Origin: Paraspadella gotoi
Lineage: Eukaryota > Animalia > Chaetognatha
Direction of reading: 5' to 3'
Length of the DNA: 64,000 bases
Assembly (NCBI GenBank): GCA_051294375.1
Contig: CM119267.1
Coordinates: forward strand, 24,935,783-24,999,782
This document shows, in pieces, positions 45,801-59,596 of this stretch. The notes under the pieces are model-generated. The model was not told the origin of the DNA, searched no databases, and worked only from the letters and a program-made list of their open reading frames with translations. Position 1 is the first letter of the stretch. Each line of letters begins with the position of its first letter. A program made the position numbers and the translations under genes.

Positions 45801-48800
45801 CAGAGCCAGCTGCAGACTTTTTTTTCCCTATGAATCATAGTATGATTATGAATCAGTGACGAGGGAAAAGAGAGAGGGAGAGAGACATATAATTAAAAGA
45901 GAAAAGATATAGAGAAAGAAATGGACATCGATGATGAGAAGCTGTATATAAATATTCAGCTTCATACACCCAAATTTAATCATCAAAAAGGCGATCTATA
46001 ATTTGGAACGCCAACGACGACGACGCCACTTATGAGCAAAACCACAGCAATATCGTCGCAATCGTTTTGCGTTAAAATAACAAAAGCACTATTATTTGGA
46101 GCATAGTGCCTCTCATTGATGTTTTATGTATAAAAAAATTTAAATCTAACATTCTTAAGTGGGTAAAATAATTTTTAATACTATGTTCTCAATTTTGAAA
46201 AATTATTGAATGACAATAGATATCAAAGTTATATATATTTTTTGATTTAAAGTATTTTTGATAAAGTTTTTTATTTCTTTTCATTCCTGAATATCGTCCC
46301 CATCTTTCTTTTCAATTAATATTGTTTTTTCCCCCATTTTTAATTTCCAATGTTATTTTTTCTTATTCATTTTATTTATCATTTTAATTTGTCTTATTAA
46401 ATTGTATTTTATTTTTTATTTCCTTTTATAAATTTTTATATTCATATTAATTTTATATTAATTTCATCTTAATTTTGTCTCAAACTAATTTTTTAACCAT
46501 ATTTAGGTGTTAAATTCCATTCCAAACTTTTGTATATTTTTTATTGCTAAAAATTTATTTTTTACTGTAACATTAATATTAACATTAATACTAAGTAAAT
46601 TATTACTAACACGTTATAAAAAGCATACGAGATAATACAGAATACTTAGTTTACAGGTGTTCCGTTTTACCCCAATTTAATTGTAACCATGTAAAAAAGA
46701 ATTAAATGATTTTTTTGAAATAATCTATTCAATAACTAAAAATTAGCAGTCTCGTCTATTATATATTATATTCCATAATCATAATACGTCAAAAATGACT
46801 GTGACAGAGGCTTGAAAACGACTACTCAAAGACGAAATTTGACTAGCAGCTTTGAAATTGCTGCTGCAGTTGCTGCAGCAGCAGCGGAATAATGTAACTT
46901 TAATAATGGAAAGTCAAGTTGGTGAAATATTTAATGCACCAAAAAAATTTTTAAAATATCTTTTTTTTATTTCATTTTAGATGTCAGTATTCCGAATTAC
47001 CCCTGTTCCGAATTACCCCGTACTACCCTATGTTCTTCAACTATTGACCACAGGTTGACAAAGTAACCTGAGCAAAGGAACGAGCCAACCAAATTCAAAT
47101 TTTAATAGGAACAGTATTAAACGAATCCATTATTGGTATTAGTTATTTTTTTAAAATATTTTTTTGCAAAAATGTTCCGAACCATGAGTAATTATTATGT
47201 TGCTATATAATGTAAAAATTTTTAAAAGTTTTTTTAATTGATTCTGATAGAGCTCAAAAAGTTACGCAAAAGATGTAATTACAACTTTTTAAAATTTTAA
47301 ATGTTTAATCAGTCAAACTCAAATCATTATAAAAATGTTGCAAGTCCTGTGGATTTCTTTTTTAGTTTTTAAATATTTTTTGTTAATTTTTAATATATTT
47401 AAGATAATTTAAATTTAAATCAATAATAAATTAAAGGCCAAAATAATTTTTTCTCTCTCACAAAGATTTACAGAATTTGTGGTTCCATGTGGAACCGGGA
47501 TTCTTCATGGTTCTTCCCCACCAACAAGTGAGCATCTGCTCTCCAAACGCGACATCTCCCGGAGAGAAAAACGAAGAGGAAAACTCCTCTTCCCCGCCTT
47601 CTCTTCCCCCTCCCGTACGCTACCTCAGTACGCGCACACGAGACAGAATCACTCGTAGCCAGCAAACCAAAGAGGGGGAATCCCGCGAAGACTTCGGTGA
47701 CGTGCCACGCCACTTGACCGACGTCTAGAAGGGGGGATGAGAAACCGCAAAAAACCAGTCCATGGACGAAAAGCCGGGCTGGAGAACCTGACGGCCGGAC
47801 GAGGCAACGGCCGAAGAGCTGTCGGGCGATCAGTCGGCGTCCTTAGACGTCCTGGAGCCCCGCCCCTACGCTTGGGAGGCGGGAAGACTTGCGGGCCGGT
47901 AGGGACGGCGAGGGATTACGCGGACTGCCACGCCCACGCTTGCGGCTAGCAGAACAGGCGCAATTGTGCGGCGCCCCGGAGCGGAGAAGCGAAGAATGGA
48001 ACGCTTGAGTGACGTCTGTGGAGCGGTCTCCGAAAAAGAACGACGTGGGGGCGGAGAACTGGACAGAACTGTCTAGATCCGACAGGCGTCGACAACTAAG
48101 CGCCGAGACTCGGAGAGGGCCGAACCAAAAATCGCCGCCAAACCCGACGAGGCGTCTCCAAGGGGCTTGGCAAGATCGTCAAGTGTGCCTGGTCCACTGC
48201 ACCGGGCCCTCCGAGCGTAGGGCCTCAACCATGAGGCGGAGAGGGTCAGCGAGCAGAAAGGACAGCATGAGCGGACGCTCCGCGTCTCCTCATGATGCGC
48301 TCAAAAGCCTTGAAAGCGGCGCGTCGTCTTGGAGTCCTTTCCGAACGGCGTCGAACTGAGCGGCAAGGCAACTCTCTTGAGCAAGAGGATGAAACTCCGC
48401 CGGCGAAGAAACATCCGACCAGCGCCGGAAACGCGTATTGGCGAAAGCACGTCCCACGACGGTAAAAGAACGTCGTCCTGGCCAAACTCTGGAAATCCTT
48501 CCACTGCTGCAGGACCCACTCCGAAGGCTGTATAGAAGCACGACGAGACAAGAAGTTGTCAAAACCCGCAGCAGACTCTTCAGAGGGAACCCTCCTCTGA
48601 TCCGGAAACGGAGGCGTCGTCGTCGACTTGCGCAGACGGGGCTCGACGAGGAAGGCGTGACGCAGTCACCCGCTCGGAGCGCGAAGGCCGATCCGCCGCC
48701 GAAGAGGCCGCCCTAAAGACGCGAAGACTCCAAGTCGCTGGCGAACAAACGAAGATCGACGAAGAACGGCGAAATGGCGAACAGAGGCGTCCAAGAACCA

Positions 48801-51218
48801 TGAAGAAACGTACATGGAAAAAAAGAGAAATCATTGAAAAATGACAGTCTCAAAAAAGGAACCCCAAAACACCCACCAAACAAGACAAGCGAGCCTGAGC
48901 CGCCCTCCACCACCGGTGGTGCCAGGGGTGACGGTGGGTGGTTGTTGGTGGGGAAGAACATGAAGAATCCCGGTTCCACATGGAACCACAAATTCTATCA
49001 TGTAGTTCTTCCCCACCAACAAGTGAGCCTGTAACAAGACCAGGCGAAGGCCCGACAAAAACAAACAAACAAAGTCGAGTTAGGTGGGGCACAGGAGGAA
49101 AACCCTCTGTACGCCGAATGTACGCCAAAAAAAAAGGCGAAAAACCAAAAACGAAAGAAAGAAGTACTCACCGCCGAAGACTCTCCAACTCGGAACGAGA
49201 CGAGCGGCGAAACTCCTTAATTCGCGACGAACGCTAGAAAGAGCGTTGCTAATTGGAGTAGAACTGCTCCATCGAAGGGATCGACTTCGGCCTGACCAGA
49301 AAAGCCCGGAATGGCTGATGGTGAGGCGGTGGAGGCGGCGGTGGAGGCGGCGGCGAAGGCGGCGGCGGAAGAGACATGAGGGTAGTCGAGTTTGAAAACA
49401 CGCGCCTCAGTCCAAAAACGGAGAGCACTGGACAAACAAGGGGCCGAAACAAGGTTCTTCCCCCTGCACGCGTACTAAGCGCCGAGGGCAAACGAGAGGG
49501 CCGAGTCGCGGCTCTTCCCTCCGCAGCCGCGCAGGGTGCGTCGAGGGCAAGCGAAGGCCGAGTCAAGGCTCTTCCCTCCGAAGCCACGCACAACGAAGAC
49601 GAAAAGATGGCGGCCGTGAAGAGAGAACTTCAAAAAAGCCACGTGTTGAAGAATATCTGTATTCTGAACTCCAAAAAAAAAAACAAAAAAAAAAGAGAAA
49701 CGAAAAATATGCAAAATTATTTCAACAAAAATAATCAAAAATATTTTCGTAAAAAAACGGGAGACTGTGAGCGCAAGGCGCGAACAGAAGAAGTGATTCT
49801 GTCTCGTTCGGCGTACTGAGGTAGCGTACGGGAGGGGGAAGAGAAGGCGGGGAAGAGAGTTTTCCTCTTCGTTTTCTCTCGCGGAGATGTCGCGTTTGGA
49901 GAGAGATGTCACTTGTTGGTGGGGAAGAACTACATGATAGAATTAGCAATTTTACCGATTTTTACAATTTTCTCGTATATGACGTACAAACATTAACTAA
50001 AAATGGGCAAATATAGATGTATGAGCAAAAGTTCCAATTTTTTTTCTAAGTTTAAGGAGACAATGAGCAATGAGAATCGGGAGTACAGTAAAGGAATTCC
50101 AATGTTAGCCTTGTATGATTATGACCTACCCGAACATCTATCGTGATTTCATGTACCCAAATTCGAATCTACCCCTCAGGTTTCATACAGCATGTTGTCA
50201 AATCTAGCCTCTTAAGAGTCAAACAGCATGTGGCGTTGGGCATCCCAATTCGATTTTACCCCTGATGACTCACCCAGTGCAGCGTCGGGCATCCTCTTGA
50301 GCTGATTCCCGTGGAGGTAGAGTTCTTGGAGGTTGCTGAGCGAGGCGAAGACGCCGGGAGCGACGGAGACGAGGCCGCAGTCGCTGAGGTCGAGACGGGA
50401 GAGACGCCAAGTGGCGGCGAAAGAGGAAGCGGGGAGAGAACGAATGGGGTTGCCTTAGAAGAGGAGGAAAATATCATTATTGTAGAGTAATTTCATTATT
50501 TACATTGATTGCATTAATTTCTATAGTGCTCCATAAGAAAATATTGAATCTTTTTTTTTTTAAACCTTTCCGCTCTAAACAAACAAACAAGTTTTGACGG
50601 AAAATTGAATCGAGGACTTTTTTTGTTTTGATGAATATTATATAATAATAATAATAATAATATTAATAATAAAAAATGAATTCGTTTCAAAAGTCCCGTC
50701 ACCTTTGAGACTGAGAAAAGTGAGAAAAGAGAGTTGGGCAAAGGCGGTCGAGGGGACGCGGACCAACTCGTTAAAGGAAAGATCCAACGCATCGAGATGA
50801 ACGAGACCAGAGAACGCCTCCGACGCCACCGCCACGATGGCGTTGCGAGATAGGTCCAGGTGCTGTGGAAAAAAATTGTGGTTCAATGAAATTTTTATTC
50901 ATATATTTTTATATTTCCGCCTCGCACCTGCAAAAAGGGAAGAAAGCGGAACCCTAGCGCCTCCAGCTTGACGAGGTTGTTTCGCGACAGATGCAGAGCG
51001 ATGGTGTCGCCGTACACCTGCGAGCGGCGATCGGGAACTCGGTCGAAGCCGCGCCCTGTGCAGTTGGTCAATTTGCGAGCGTTGACGAAGCGGTTGGCGC
51101 AGAGAGGAGGGCGGGATGTGGAAGGGGAGGCGACGACGGATAAAAGAGGGGGAGGGGAAGGGTGAAGCAGGGGGAGGAAGAGGAGGAGGAAAGAATGACC
51201 GAAGGAAGAGGCGGTCAT
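42873..51218 (-). CDS. Kekkon-like LRR + Ig type I transmembrane receptor; 6 exons
   Basis: Exons 51218-50928, 50862-50703, 50453-50274, 45043-44743, 44662-43979, 43455-42873 splice in frame: signal peptide, LRRNT (NCTGRGFDRVP), LRRs (LDLSRNAI, LDLSFNEL), LRRCT (HNPWHCDCRLRWL...CATP), Ig (C...WFRNG...GEFKCRAKNAAG), TM (GVILGGVVTGAVLIVFFLLAGAFIFC), C-terminal class I PDZ motif GTEV. Confidence 0.85.
45073..47028. mobile_element. TIR element (~25-bp TIR GGGT(A/T)GT(A/G)CGGGGTAATTCGGAACA) with a nested HINE-like copy
   Basis: 45073-45097 is the reverse complement of 47004-47028. Confidence 0.6.
45261..46060 (-). mobile_element. HINE-like copy 4
   Basis: Same termini and tandem core; terminal hairpin partly deleted. 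Confidence 0.7.
47474..49944 (-). mobile_element. DIRS-like family B element, uninterrupted 2.47-kb non-autonomous copy
   Basis: ITRs 47510-47653 and 49791-49930; unique terminal extensions; ICR 48941-49028 is the reverse complement of both termini joined at AATT (48991-48994); no TSD; no recognisable RT. Confidence 0.8.
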
Positions 51219-51631
51219 GAGGAGAGTCAAAGACGAAATCGAACAGGAAAGTGAAAGGGTGTTTTTTTTTTTACTTCGATTGTGAGGTTCGTTCGGTTCG
51301 ACAACTTGAAAAAGAGAATAAAAGTTTAGTATCACAAATTGGAGAAAAAAAGAAATAATAGTATAAAGGTGAAATTTTAAAAGAAAAGCTAAAATTTATA
51401 AGTGACGATGACAGATGATACAGAATGAAATGTGTTTGTGAAAGTGAAAGTTGAAAAGAAAAGATATCACAGTTAACAGCGTGAGGGACTTGGGACTTTG
51501 CAGCTTTGAAACCGACGCCGCCGCCGTTGCCCCACCACGACTCCTCTCCCTTTTTTTTCGCACATTATTTTTCCTCCCACGTTACATCACCGCCCAACGG
51601 CAGTCGCAGCCACGGCAGCTGCCGCCGCAGC

Positions 51632-52341
51632 CTACTCTCCTCCGCCCGACGCAGCCTCCCCGTTTTTCTTAGACTCTTTCTTTCTCTTTCTTCTTTTTTT
51701 CACCGCCCCGCCTCCACCGCCATCGCCGCCTCCGCCGCGTTTGGCTTTGGCTTTCCCGCAGGCGTTCTCATCGGCGGCGCCGTCGCCGCCTTCCACCGCA
51801 CGATGCGCCGTCTTGAGATGCTTGCGTCGATTTCCCGAGGAGGAGAACCTCTTATCGCACTCGGTACAGGCGTATTTCTTGATTCCTTGGTGGATGTTGA
51901 GCACGTGACTGGCGAGCGCCTCCTTGAAAGAGAACTTGGCGCCGCAGACGTCGCAAACGTGTTTGACGTCGTTGTGGACGGCGTTCTCGTGACGCTCCAC
52001 GCACGCCTTGGCCTTTTTGGGGTTCAAAGAATCTTAAATCAAATAACTAACCGAAAGAGAGAGTTATAGATACCACCCGAGACCAAGATAACTAATATCA
52101 AAAGAATCATATTAAAAAGACACACGACGTACATATACGACGGTCACCTTGAAAATCTTCCCGCAAGTGGAGCAGGCGAATTCCTTCTTGTTCGGGCGAG
52201 CGACGCCGTTCTTGTGCAGAGAGAGGTGGTCGGGCAGGGAGTGACGCTTCATGCCCTTTCCGCAGACCGGGCATGTCACCGTCTTGCCCTCGTGAACGGC
52301 CTCGCGATGGAAGCGGAGCTTAGAGTTGCTCGAATAGGATC

Positions 52342-52393
<52 letters not shown>

Positions 52394-55300
52394 AAGGAGT
52401 ACGGAGTAAGGCGGGCCAAACTTGAACACTTTTTATAATTTACTAAATCGATTTTCAATGCAACTTTTTGAATGAGTTAATTATAATTTATATGCGTTTT
52501 ATTTCGAATTCAACAAGGTTGATTCAGTACATACAGGAGCATCAAAACAAAGCTAAGTCTAAGACAAAACAAAGTTAAAGATTGCGTGAAAACCACCACC
52601 ACAGACAAAAAAGGTCCAAATTATCAATTAATATATTTCAATCATTAAAGAATGCGATTATTTTTTTGAGAACTAAATTTTTCGAACTATAGATCTTAGA
52701 AATAAAGAAATAATTTATTAATATATAACAAATGACAAGAATTTTTTTTTAAATTTTATTTTTTAAGAACGGATTCTTATAGAGCTTGAAAAGTTAAATA
52801 AAAGTTAGTACTACAATTTTTTTTAAATTGTGACAATAAATTGGTTAAAAATAGAAAAAACCTTAAAAAATCATCATCATCATTGGCTGAATTTTATAGT
52901 TTTTTAAAACTTTTATCAATAAAACAAAATAATTTTAAAAAGTTGTATTAATAACCTTTATCTAACTTTTAAAGTTCTACCAGAATCTATTAAAAAAAAT
53001 CTTAAAAGCATAAGGATCGTTGCAATCGCATAAGAAAAATATGGATTGACGACAAATTTTGATACAAAAAAAATAAAATTTGAGAAAAGTAAATTAATTT
53101 ATAAACAGAAAGAAAAATTATATTTTATAAATTATAAGTTAAAGTTACAGTTTCTGAAAAAAAAAAAAAAAATTTTCATTGTCAAAAAATAAATTAATCA
53201 GCAGACGCAGCCCCTGAGGAAAAAAAATAAAAGCAAAAATGCGATGCCTAATTTTACGAGTTCAATCCTATTTCAATTTTTTTTTTAATAAAAACGCAGA
53301 GAGAGAGAGAGAAAAGAAAGAAATCAAAAGGCAGCAGCAGAAGCAGCAGGAGAAAAGAGAGATAAAGAATAAGCCCCTGCAGAGCCAGCTGCAGACTCAA
53401 AAGGCAGCAGAAGCAGCAGGAGAAAAGAGAGAAAAAGAATAAGCCCCTGCAGAGCCAGCTGCAGACTCGTTTTTTCCCTATGATTATGAATCAGTGATGA
53501 GGGAAAAGAGAGAGGGAGAGAGACAAGTAATTAAAAGAGAAAAGAGAGAGAGAAAGAAATATGAAAATAAAAAAGAGATAATTTGTTTGTTTTGATCAAA
53601 CATAAACAAAACATATTTAATAACTGTCCAGATTCAATTTTAAGCACATCGATGATGAGAAGCTGTATATAAATTTTCAGCTTCATAAACCCAAATTTAA
53701 TCATAAAAAAGGCGATCTATAATTTGGAACGCCAACAACGACGACGACGACGACACTTATGGGCAAAAGCGTTACAATATTGTCGCAAACGCTAAGCGAT
53801 TGCGACGATAAAAAATGTAAAAAAAATTTTAAACTTTATATAATAATAAAGTAATCTTTAAATGCTTCCGTGCGCTTATTAATAAGATAAATTGTAAAAA
53901 TTATTTTTATTTTCATATTCTCTAACAGACACTTAACCATTATTTATTTGAGTGAACTTCTCGTTTTCAACCCGTTCCGGCCTAGTACGGAGTACCATAA
54001 CAGATTCTTTTATCATTTATCAATTTAAAATATATAATTATTAAAAAAAATTTTAAAAGCATAAGGATCGTCGCAATTGCATAAGAAAAATCTGGATTGA
54101 CGACAAATTTTGATACTAAAAAAAATAAAATTTGAGAAAAGAAAATGAAATTATAAACAAAGAAAAATTATATTTTGCGATTGTCATTTAAAAAAAAATA
54201 ATAAAGTACCGAGGAAAATTAAAGTTATAGTTTCTGGAAAAAAAAAAAACTTTTTGTCATTGTCAATGTCAAATAAACTGATCAGCAGACGCAGCCCTTG
54301 AGAAAAAAAAAATTATTTATAAACAGAAAGAAAAATTCTATTTTGCGATTGTCAATAAAAAAAAATAATAAAGTATAAAAGAAAATTAAAGTTACAGTTT
54401 TTGAAAAAAACAACTTTTTCATTGTCAAAAAATTAACTGATCAGCAGACGCAGTCCCTAAGAAAAAAAACCGAATAAAAACCCAATGTTGCGAAAGCAAA
54501 ATGATAACATGCACAAACGCAATGCTTAATTTTACGAGTTCAATCCTAATTCAATTTTTTTTTTTTAATAAAAACGCAGAGAGAGAGAGAGAGAGAGAAA
54601 GAAATCAAAAGGCAGCAGCAGAAGCAGCAGGAGAAAAGAGAGAAAAAGAAAGAGCCCCTGCAGAGTCAGCTGCAGACTCAAAAGGCAGCAACAGAAGCAG
54701 CAGGAGAAAAGAGAGAAAAAGAATAAGCCCCTGCAGAGCCAGCTGCAGGCTCGTTTTTTTTCCCCTATGATTATAAATCAGTGACTAAGAAAAAGAGAGA
54801 GGGAGAGAGACATGTAATTAAAAGAAAAAAGAGAGAGAGAAAGAAATATGAAAATAAAAGAGAGAAAATTTGTTTGTTTTGATAAAACGTAAACAAAACA
54901 TTTAATAACTGTCCAGACTTAATTTTAAGCACATCGATGATGAGAAGCTGTATATAAATTTTCAGCTTCATACACCCAAATTTAATCATAAAAAAGGCGA
55001 TCTATAATTTGGAACGACGACAACGACAACGCCACTTATGCGCAAAAGCGTTACAATATCGTCGCAAACGCTTAGCGATTGCGACGATAAAAAGGATGGC
55101 GTTGACGAACCGGCCGCAGATGTCGCAAATGGGCAGATGCGACGACGTCGATCCCGCCTCCCGCGTCTTCGGACTTTTTCTTGTCGCTGCGGGTTTGGGC
55201 GGAGGTGGAGGCGCAGGCGGCAGAACCCACGAGGCCGATGGGGTTGATATCGGGGTCGCTGGCTCGGCGTCGTCCTTCCGATCGGGGTCATTATCAATTT

Positions 55301-58300
55301 CTCTCTGTCCGACCGTCGCCTAAAGAGTCAATAATCAGGACGATGATAAAACGAAAAACCAACTTAAAAATGTTAGGTGAAGGGGGGAAGATTCATCCTT
55401 GTTCTATTTTCTGGATCACTAATTGCCACTAATTGCCACGTTGCATGTCATCAACAAGAAATCTCCTGGTTCCATCCGGCCTATCGCTGTAGGTGAGGTT
55501 CTCGGACGTCTCATTGCCAAGTGTTTGGCCTTTTCAATTGGGCCTCAAGCTGCAACTTTCCTGGAGCCTCATCAGCTTGGAGTGAGGACCAAAGGAGGGG
55601 CCGAAGCCCTGATTCACCCAGTTCAAGCCATACTCGAAGAGAGTTCCATTCCCTCCAATTCTAAATGGCTGCAACAGGTGGATTTCTCCAATGCCTTTAA
55701 TTGCATCGACCATTCTACCATGCTCACTGAAGTCAGCAAACGGCTTTGTAAATTGGTGTTATGGAAGAGTTCTACTTCTTTTTCTTTCAGAAAAAAAATA
55801 TTGTTTCTCTCTCTCTTTCTTTCTTTTTTCTTTCTTGGCCCTGTCTTTTTTCCCTTTCATGAAAGATGAAAAATCCCTGCACTGAAAGATGATCTGTCAA
55901 AACAGATTGGTATTGGTAAATACTATTCAGTAATCAGTATTCACATTACAGAACTTGCATCCCAATCCGACGACACCATACCGTTTTATCTTCGGAGTCT
56001 TTCCGCCGACCGCTCGGTTCCTGCTCCGGCGTCGGTGTAGACGTCGGCATTGGCGGCTCCAGCGGCGTCGGCTGCGGCGGCTGCTTCCCGATTTCTCCGA
56101 AATGTCCGCTGGATTCGATGAGAGCCTCCACGGCGCAGAGAGTCTCTGTTTTTTCCTTCTCGAAGACGCCGTCGCCACCAGGCTGTGCCGCGAGTGGCCC
56201 CGGATCAAGCGGCGCGGAGGCGCCGCCGACGAAATCGTCATCCGTCTCCCGATTGATAGGATCGACCGGATCCAGCGCCATCGTGAAGAATGAATTCTCG
56301 AAACAATCCTCCGTCTGCTCCGAGATGAAAATCGTTCGATTCGGCGTCGACGACGGTGACGTCACCGGCAGATGTTGTTGCGGATTGTGATGATGTTGAT
56401 ACTGGAGCGAAGGGCGAAGAGGAGACTCTTTGGAGGATTTCCGTTCCGCGGACAGGGAAGCGAAGGGGGAAGGTTCGATCGTCGGCTGCGGCTGCTGCTG
56501 CTGCTGGGAACGAGTCTCGTTGGTTCTGGCAAGCAGTTGCTGCGTCGATTGCTGTTGCTGAAGCTGTTCCTGAGCTAGTTTGTTGGACTTGTTGATTTTG
56601 GTGCTGATTTGATCGATGACTTGATCCAATCGTGACGACGACGATGACTTGGATCCGACCATTTGACTCTTGGGCATCGAATGGACGGTCATTAAGTGGA
56701 ACTCTAAAGTGCTGATACCTGCCGAAAGACGAGCCAAAATAAACCAAATTCATAGAATTTAATGTTATTGTTAGTGCTAATAATATATTAATAATATAAT
56801 GAAATTGGCAGAATCGAAGGCCGGTAGACGACGCGGGTCTACAGCTCCTCTTCTCTCTCTTTTCCTCCTCCCTCCTCATCCTCCTCACGGGGATTCGGGG
56901 TCGCGTTCAAGTTTAGGTTCAGTCCATCTTTTCCCCTCTCTCCGACTCTTTCTCTCTCCCCTTTTTTGGACCTTTATATAAAAGCAATTTAAAATTATTT
57001 ATTCATTCAATAAGCTATCTTGCCCCTGGGACTTTGGACAGACAATCGTGGTTTAAGGCCTTCCCCAAGATAATAACATTGCAGGACCCCGCAAGCTTTC
57101 AATCAAGAGTCTCAAACAGTCTCGTTTGTTCACTCCCAGAACTCCTGGCTTCCCTATCAATGAGGTTGTATAATGTTTCAATTGTATAGCATAGTACTAA
57201 TCACCTTCGATTGTGTCGCAACATGGGCACCGCACCGTCTCCTTGTTATGCACGACGGAGAGATGAGGGATGAGTTGAGCGACGGGCATCGTCTCCGCGC
57301 AAAACTCGCATCGCTTCGCCCAACCGACGGTCGACGCCGCCTCCGCCGGCGCCTTCGGTTCCGACGCCGGTTTCGGATTCGGTTTCCTTTTTCGTTTGTT
57401 CTCCGTCTGAGTCGAGGAGGGAGCGCTAGTGGTGAAGAGGGTTGGTGGGAGGGCGGTGGTGGTGGTGGTGGTGGTGGGGATTGCGATCGAATCGGACGGG
57501 AATAGAGAGATCGAGTCTTTATTCGCCTCAGCCGTCGTCGAATTTTCGCACGAGGTTTTGGCGAGTTTCGCTGCTGCTGCTGCGACGCCGCTCTGCGCTC
57601 CGGCGACGCCGCTGTCGCCGTCGTCGTTTCCGTCCTCTTCACTCGGGACGACGTCGTCCGAAATGAGAATTGATGGTTCGGGAATGACGTTTTCCAACTG
57701 AGGAAAAAAAATGGAGAGAAACTCATTTTTGATCGCAATCCTCCTCCGTTGAACTGAAGGGAACTAATTAATAAATTACTGAGGGAGGAATAAAAACATT
57801 AATAAAATCGACGTTGATTATCTTCGGGGGAAGGACATACTGAGAAAGTCAGAAAATACTCATTCAAAATTATAGTAAACAAATGATAAATTTAATATCT
57901 CTCTCTCTCTCTCTCACGTTATGACTCTTGTACACCAACGCAGTCTGGTGAGAGTCAGTTGAGGCAAAGTGGGCGTTGCAGATTTGACTAGGCAAGAAGC
58001 AGCCGGCGTCCAGCGCCGCGTAGTCGAATCCCGGCGTCGTCGACTTCTGCTGCAGCAGATCCAGCAGCGGAGTGTGCTGCGACGGCGCGGAGGAAGCGGA
58101 GGAAGAGGCGGCGGGAAGAAGAGGAACGGGGGAAGGAGAGAGAGGAGTGGGAGAGGGGAAGAATAGTTGGGAGGAAGAGGGAGAGAGGGCGGAGTGTGGG
58201 GGAGGAAGGAGAAAGTTGAGGAAGTGAGAGGAGGAGGAAGAGGAGGATTCGTCGATGGGAACGACGGATGACATTCGACCCAAACGATGGAAGTTGAGTT

Positions 58301-59389
58301 GAGGATCGTCGGGGGCAAAGACTGTGAAAGGGGAGGGGGGGGGGAATGGGGAGGAAGAAAACATTTCCTCATTTTCTTTAACGTTAACTGTTTTTTAATG
58401 TTTTTCTTTCAAATTCTTTTATATGAGGCTCATTTGTTTTTAGTAATTTTATTTTTTAATATTTTATATTAGTATTGGTAAAGTTTAGGACAATTAGACA
58501 ATTTAGACAAACACTTGTTAGTTTATTAGTTTATTTATTAGTAATACTATAGTTTTTCATGCGTGATAACCACTTAATTAGGAAACTAGAAACTTCGAAA
58601 TGCGATGATGACACATGACGTTTGCTTACCCGTGTCGTAGGCTTCGGTAGCGAGACGAAAAATGGCCTCCGGTTCGGTACTGACTAAATTCCTCTCCCTC
58701 ATGAGTCCGCCCCCGCTGAGTCCGCCCACGCTAGCCCCGCCACCAACACAACCGCCCCTCCCTCCCACTCCCGCCTTCTTCAGCAGCCCCTGCAGCTGAT
58801 CGTGGGTGAGGGCGCGCTGCAGCTGCTCCACCTGATCCAGCGGCGGAAGCAGCGCGCTGCGGTGAAGATACTTTAGGCCGTCGTCGCTGAGGCCGAAGTG
58901 ACGGAGAGCGAGGGCGTCGACGAAAGACTTGGCGGAGTTCTTAGAGTCGCGAACGTGAAGGAGGTTGGCGGCGATGGAGCTCACGAAGTCGTCGAAGTAG
59001 CCTTGGAGGATGATGAGAAAGGTAAGGACGAAAGACTCCATTAGAGTCGAAATTCATGATATATGCCTAACAATATTAAACCGTTACGGTAATAAAGCAA
59101 AAACAATATGTAAATGAGAGGATGAACAGAATTTCATTTGGAATGCTTCTGCTACAGACTCACCTCCACCAGTGAAAGTATGTCCCTGACTCCCGTCCGT
59201 GGAAAAGGTCGTCAGACTGAGAAGGCGATATAGTAGGGTGGGGCGAATCTCGCGGTGGAAGGCCTCCGGCGAAAAGGCGGACGGGTCGACTTGGAGACTG
59301 CAACCTCCCGTCGACGCGAGGGTCTTCAGCTCGAGGTCGAGCATGAGGAGAAAGTTCTCGACGATGCTTTCCGAGACGTAGTCCAACAT
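51632..59389 (-). CDS. C2H2 zinc-finger protein; 8 exons
   Basis: Exons 59389-59164, 59001-58630, 58321-57918, 57697-57205, 56718-55955, 55319-55111, 52340-52148, 52012-51632 are phase-compatible; spliced fingers CDICGRSYSSNSKLRFHREAVH, CPVCG...HLSLH, CSTCGKIFKAKACVERHENAVH, CDVCG...HVLNIH, CTECD...HLKTAH, plus two degenerate central fingers. Confidence 0.8.
52346..52391. repeat. (GA)n microsatellite forming the polypyrimidine tract of a zinc-finger gene acceptor
   Basis: Pure GA run immediately adjacent to the acceptor at 52341. Confidence 0.9.
52998..53812 (-). mobile_element. HINE-like copy 5
   Basis: Same subTIRs and terminal hairpin (~53780-53809). Confidence 0.75.
54051..55092 (-). 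mobile_element. HINE-like copy 6
   Basis: Same structure with internal duplications; ends ~17 nt from the zinc-finger exon donor at 55110. Confidence 0.75.
55423..55760 (+). mobile_element. Non-LTR retrotransposon RT fragment (CRE-like clade)
   Basis: IRPIAVGEVLGRLIAK...LEPHQLGV...GGAEALIH...VDFSNAFN are the N-terminal RT motifs typical of CRE-type elements; truncated. Confidence 0.75.
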
Positions 59390-59596
59390 CGTCAGTGTTT
59401 TTCTTCTCCTCTTTTAATATTTAATGTTGATCTCCTCGACCTTGTACAATGTACATCCTCTCTTCCGACTAAATTCGTAAAAAGGTCAACAATAAAAAAA
59501 CTTATCAAGAAAAACCAACAACAGGGTTGAAAATAGTAAATATGGGAAAAAATTTGACTAGTCGTTCATCTTTTAACAATTGTTGAATTGTTAAAG

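Noticed and set aside
55090-55115. Zinc-finger exon apparently disrupted by a HINE-like insertion
   Set aside because: A GT donor at 55110 restores a complete C2H2 finger with the exon at 52340, so the insertion is intronic.
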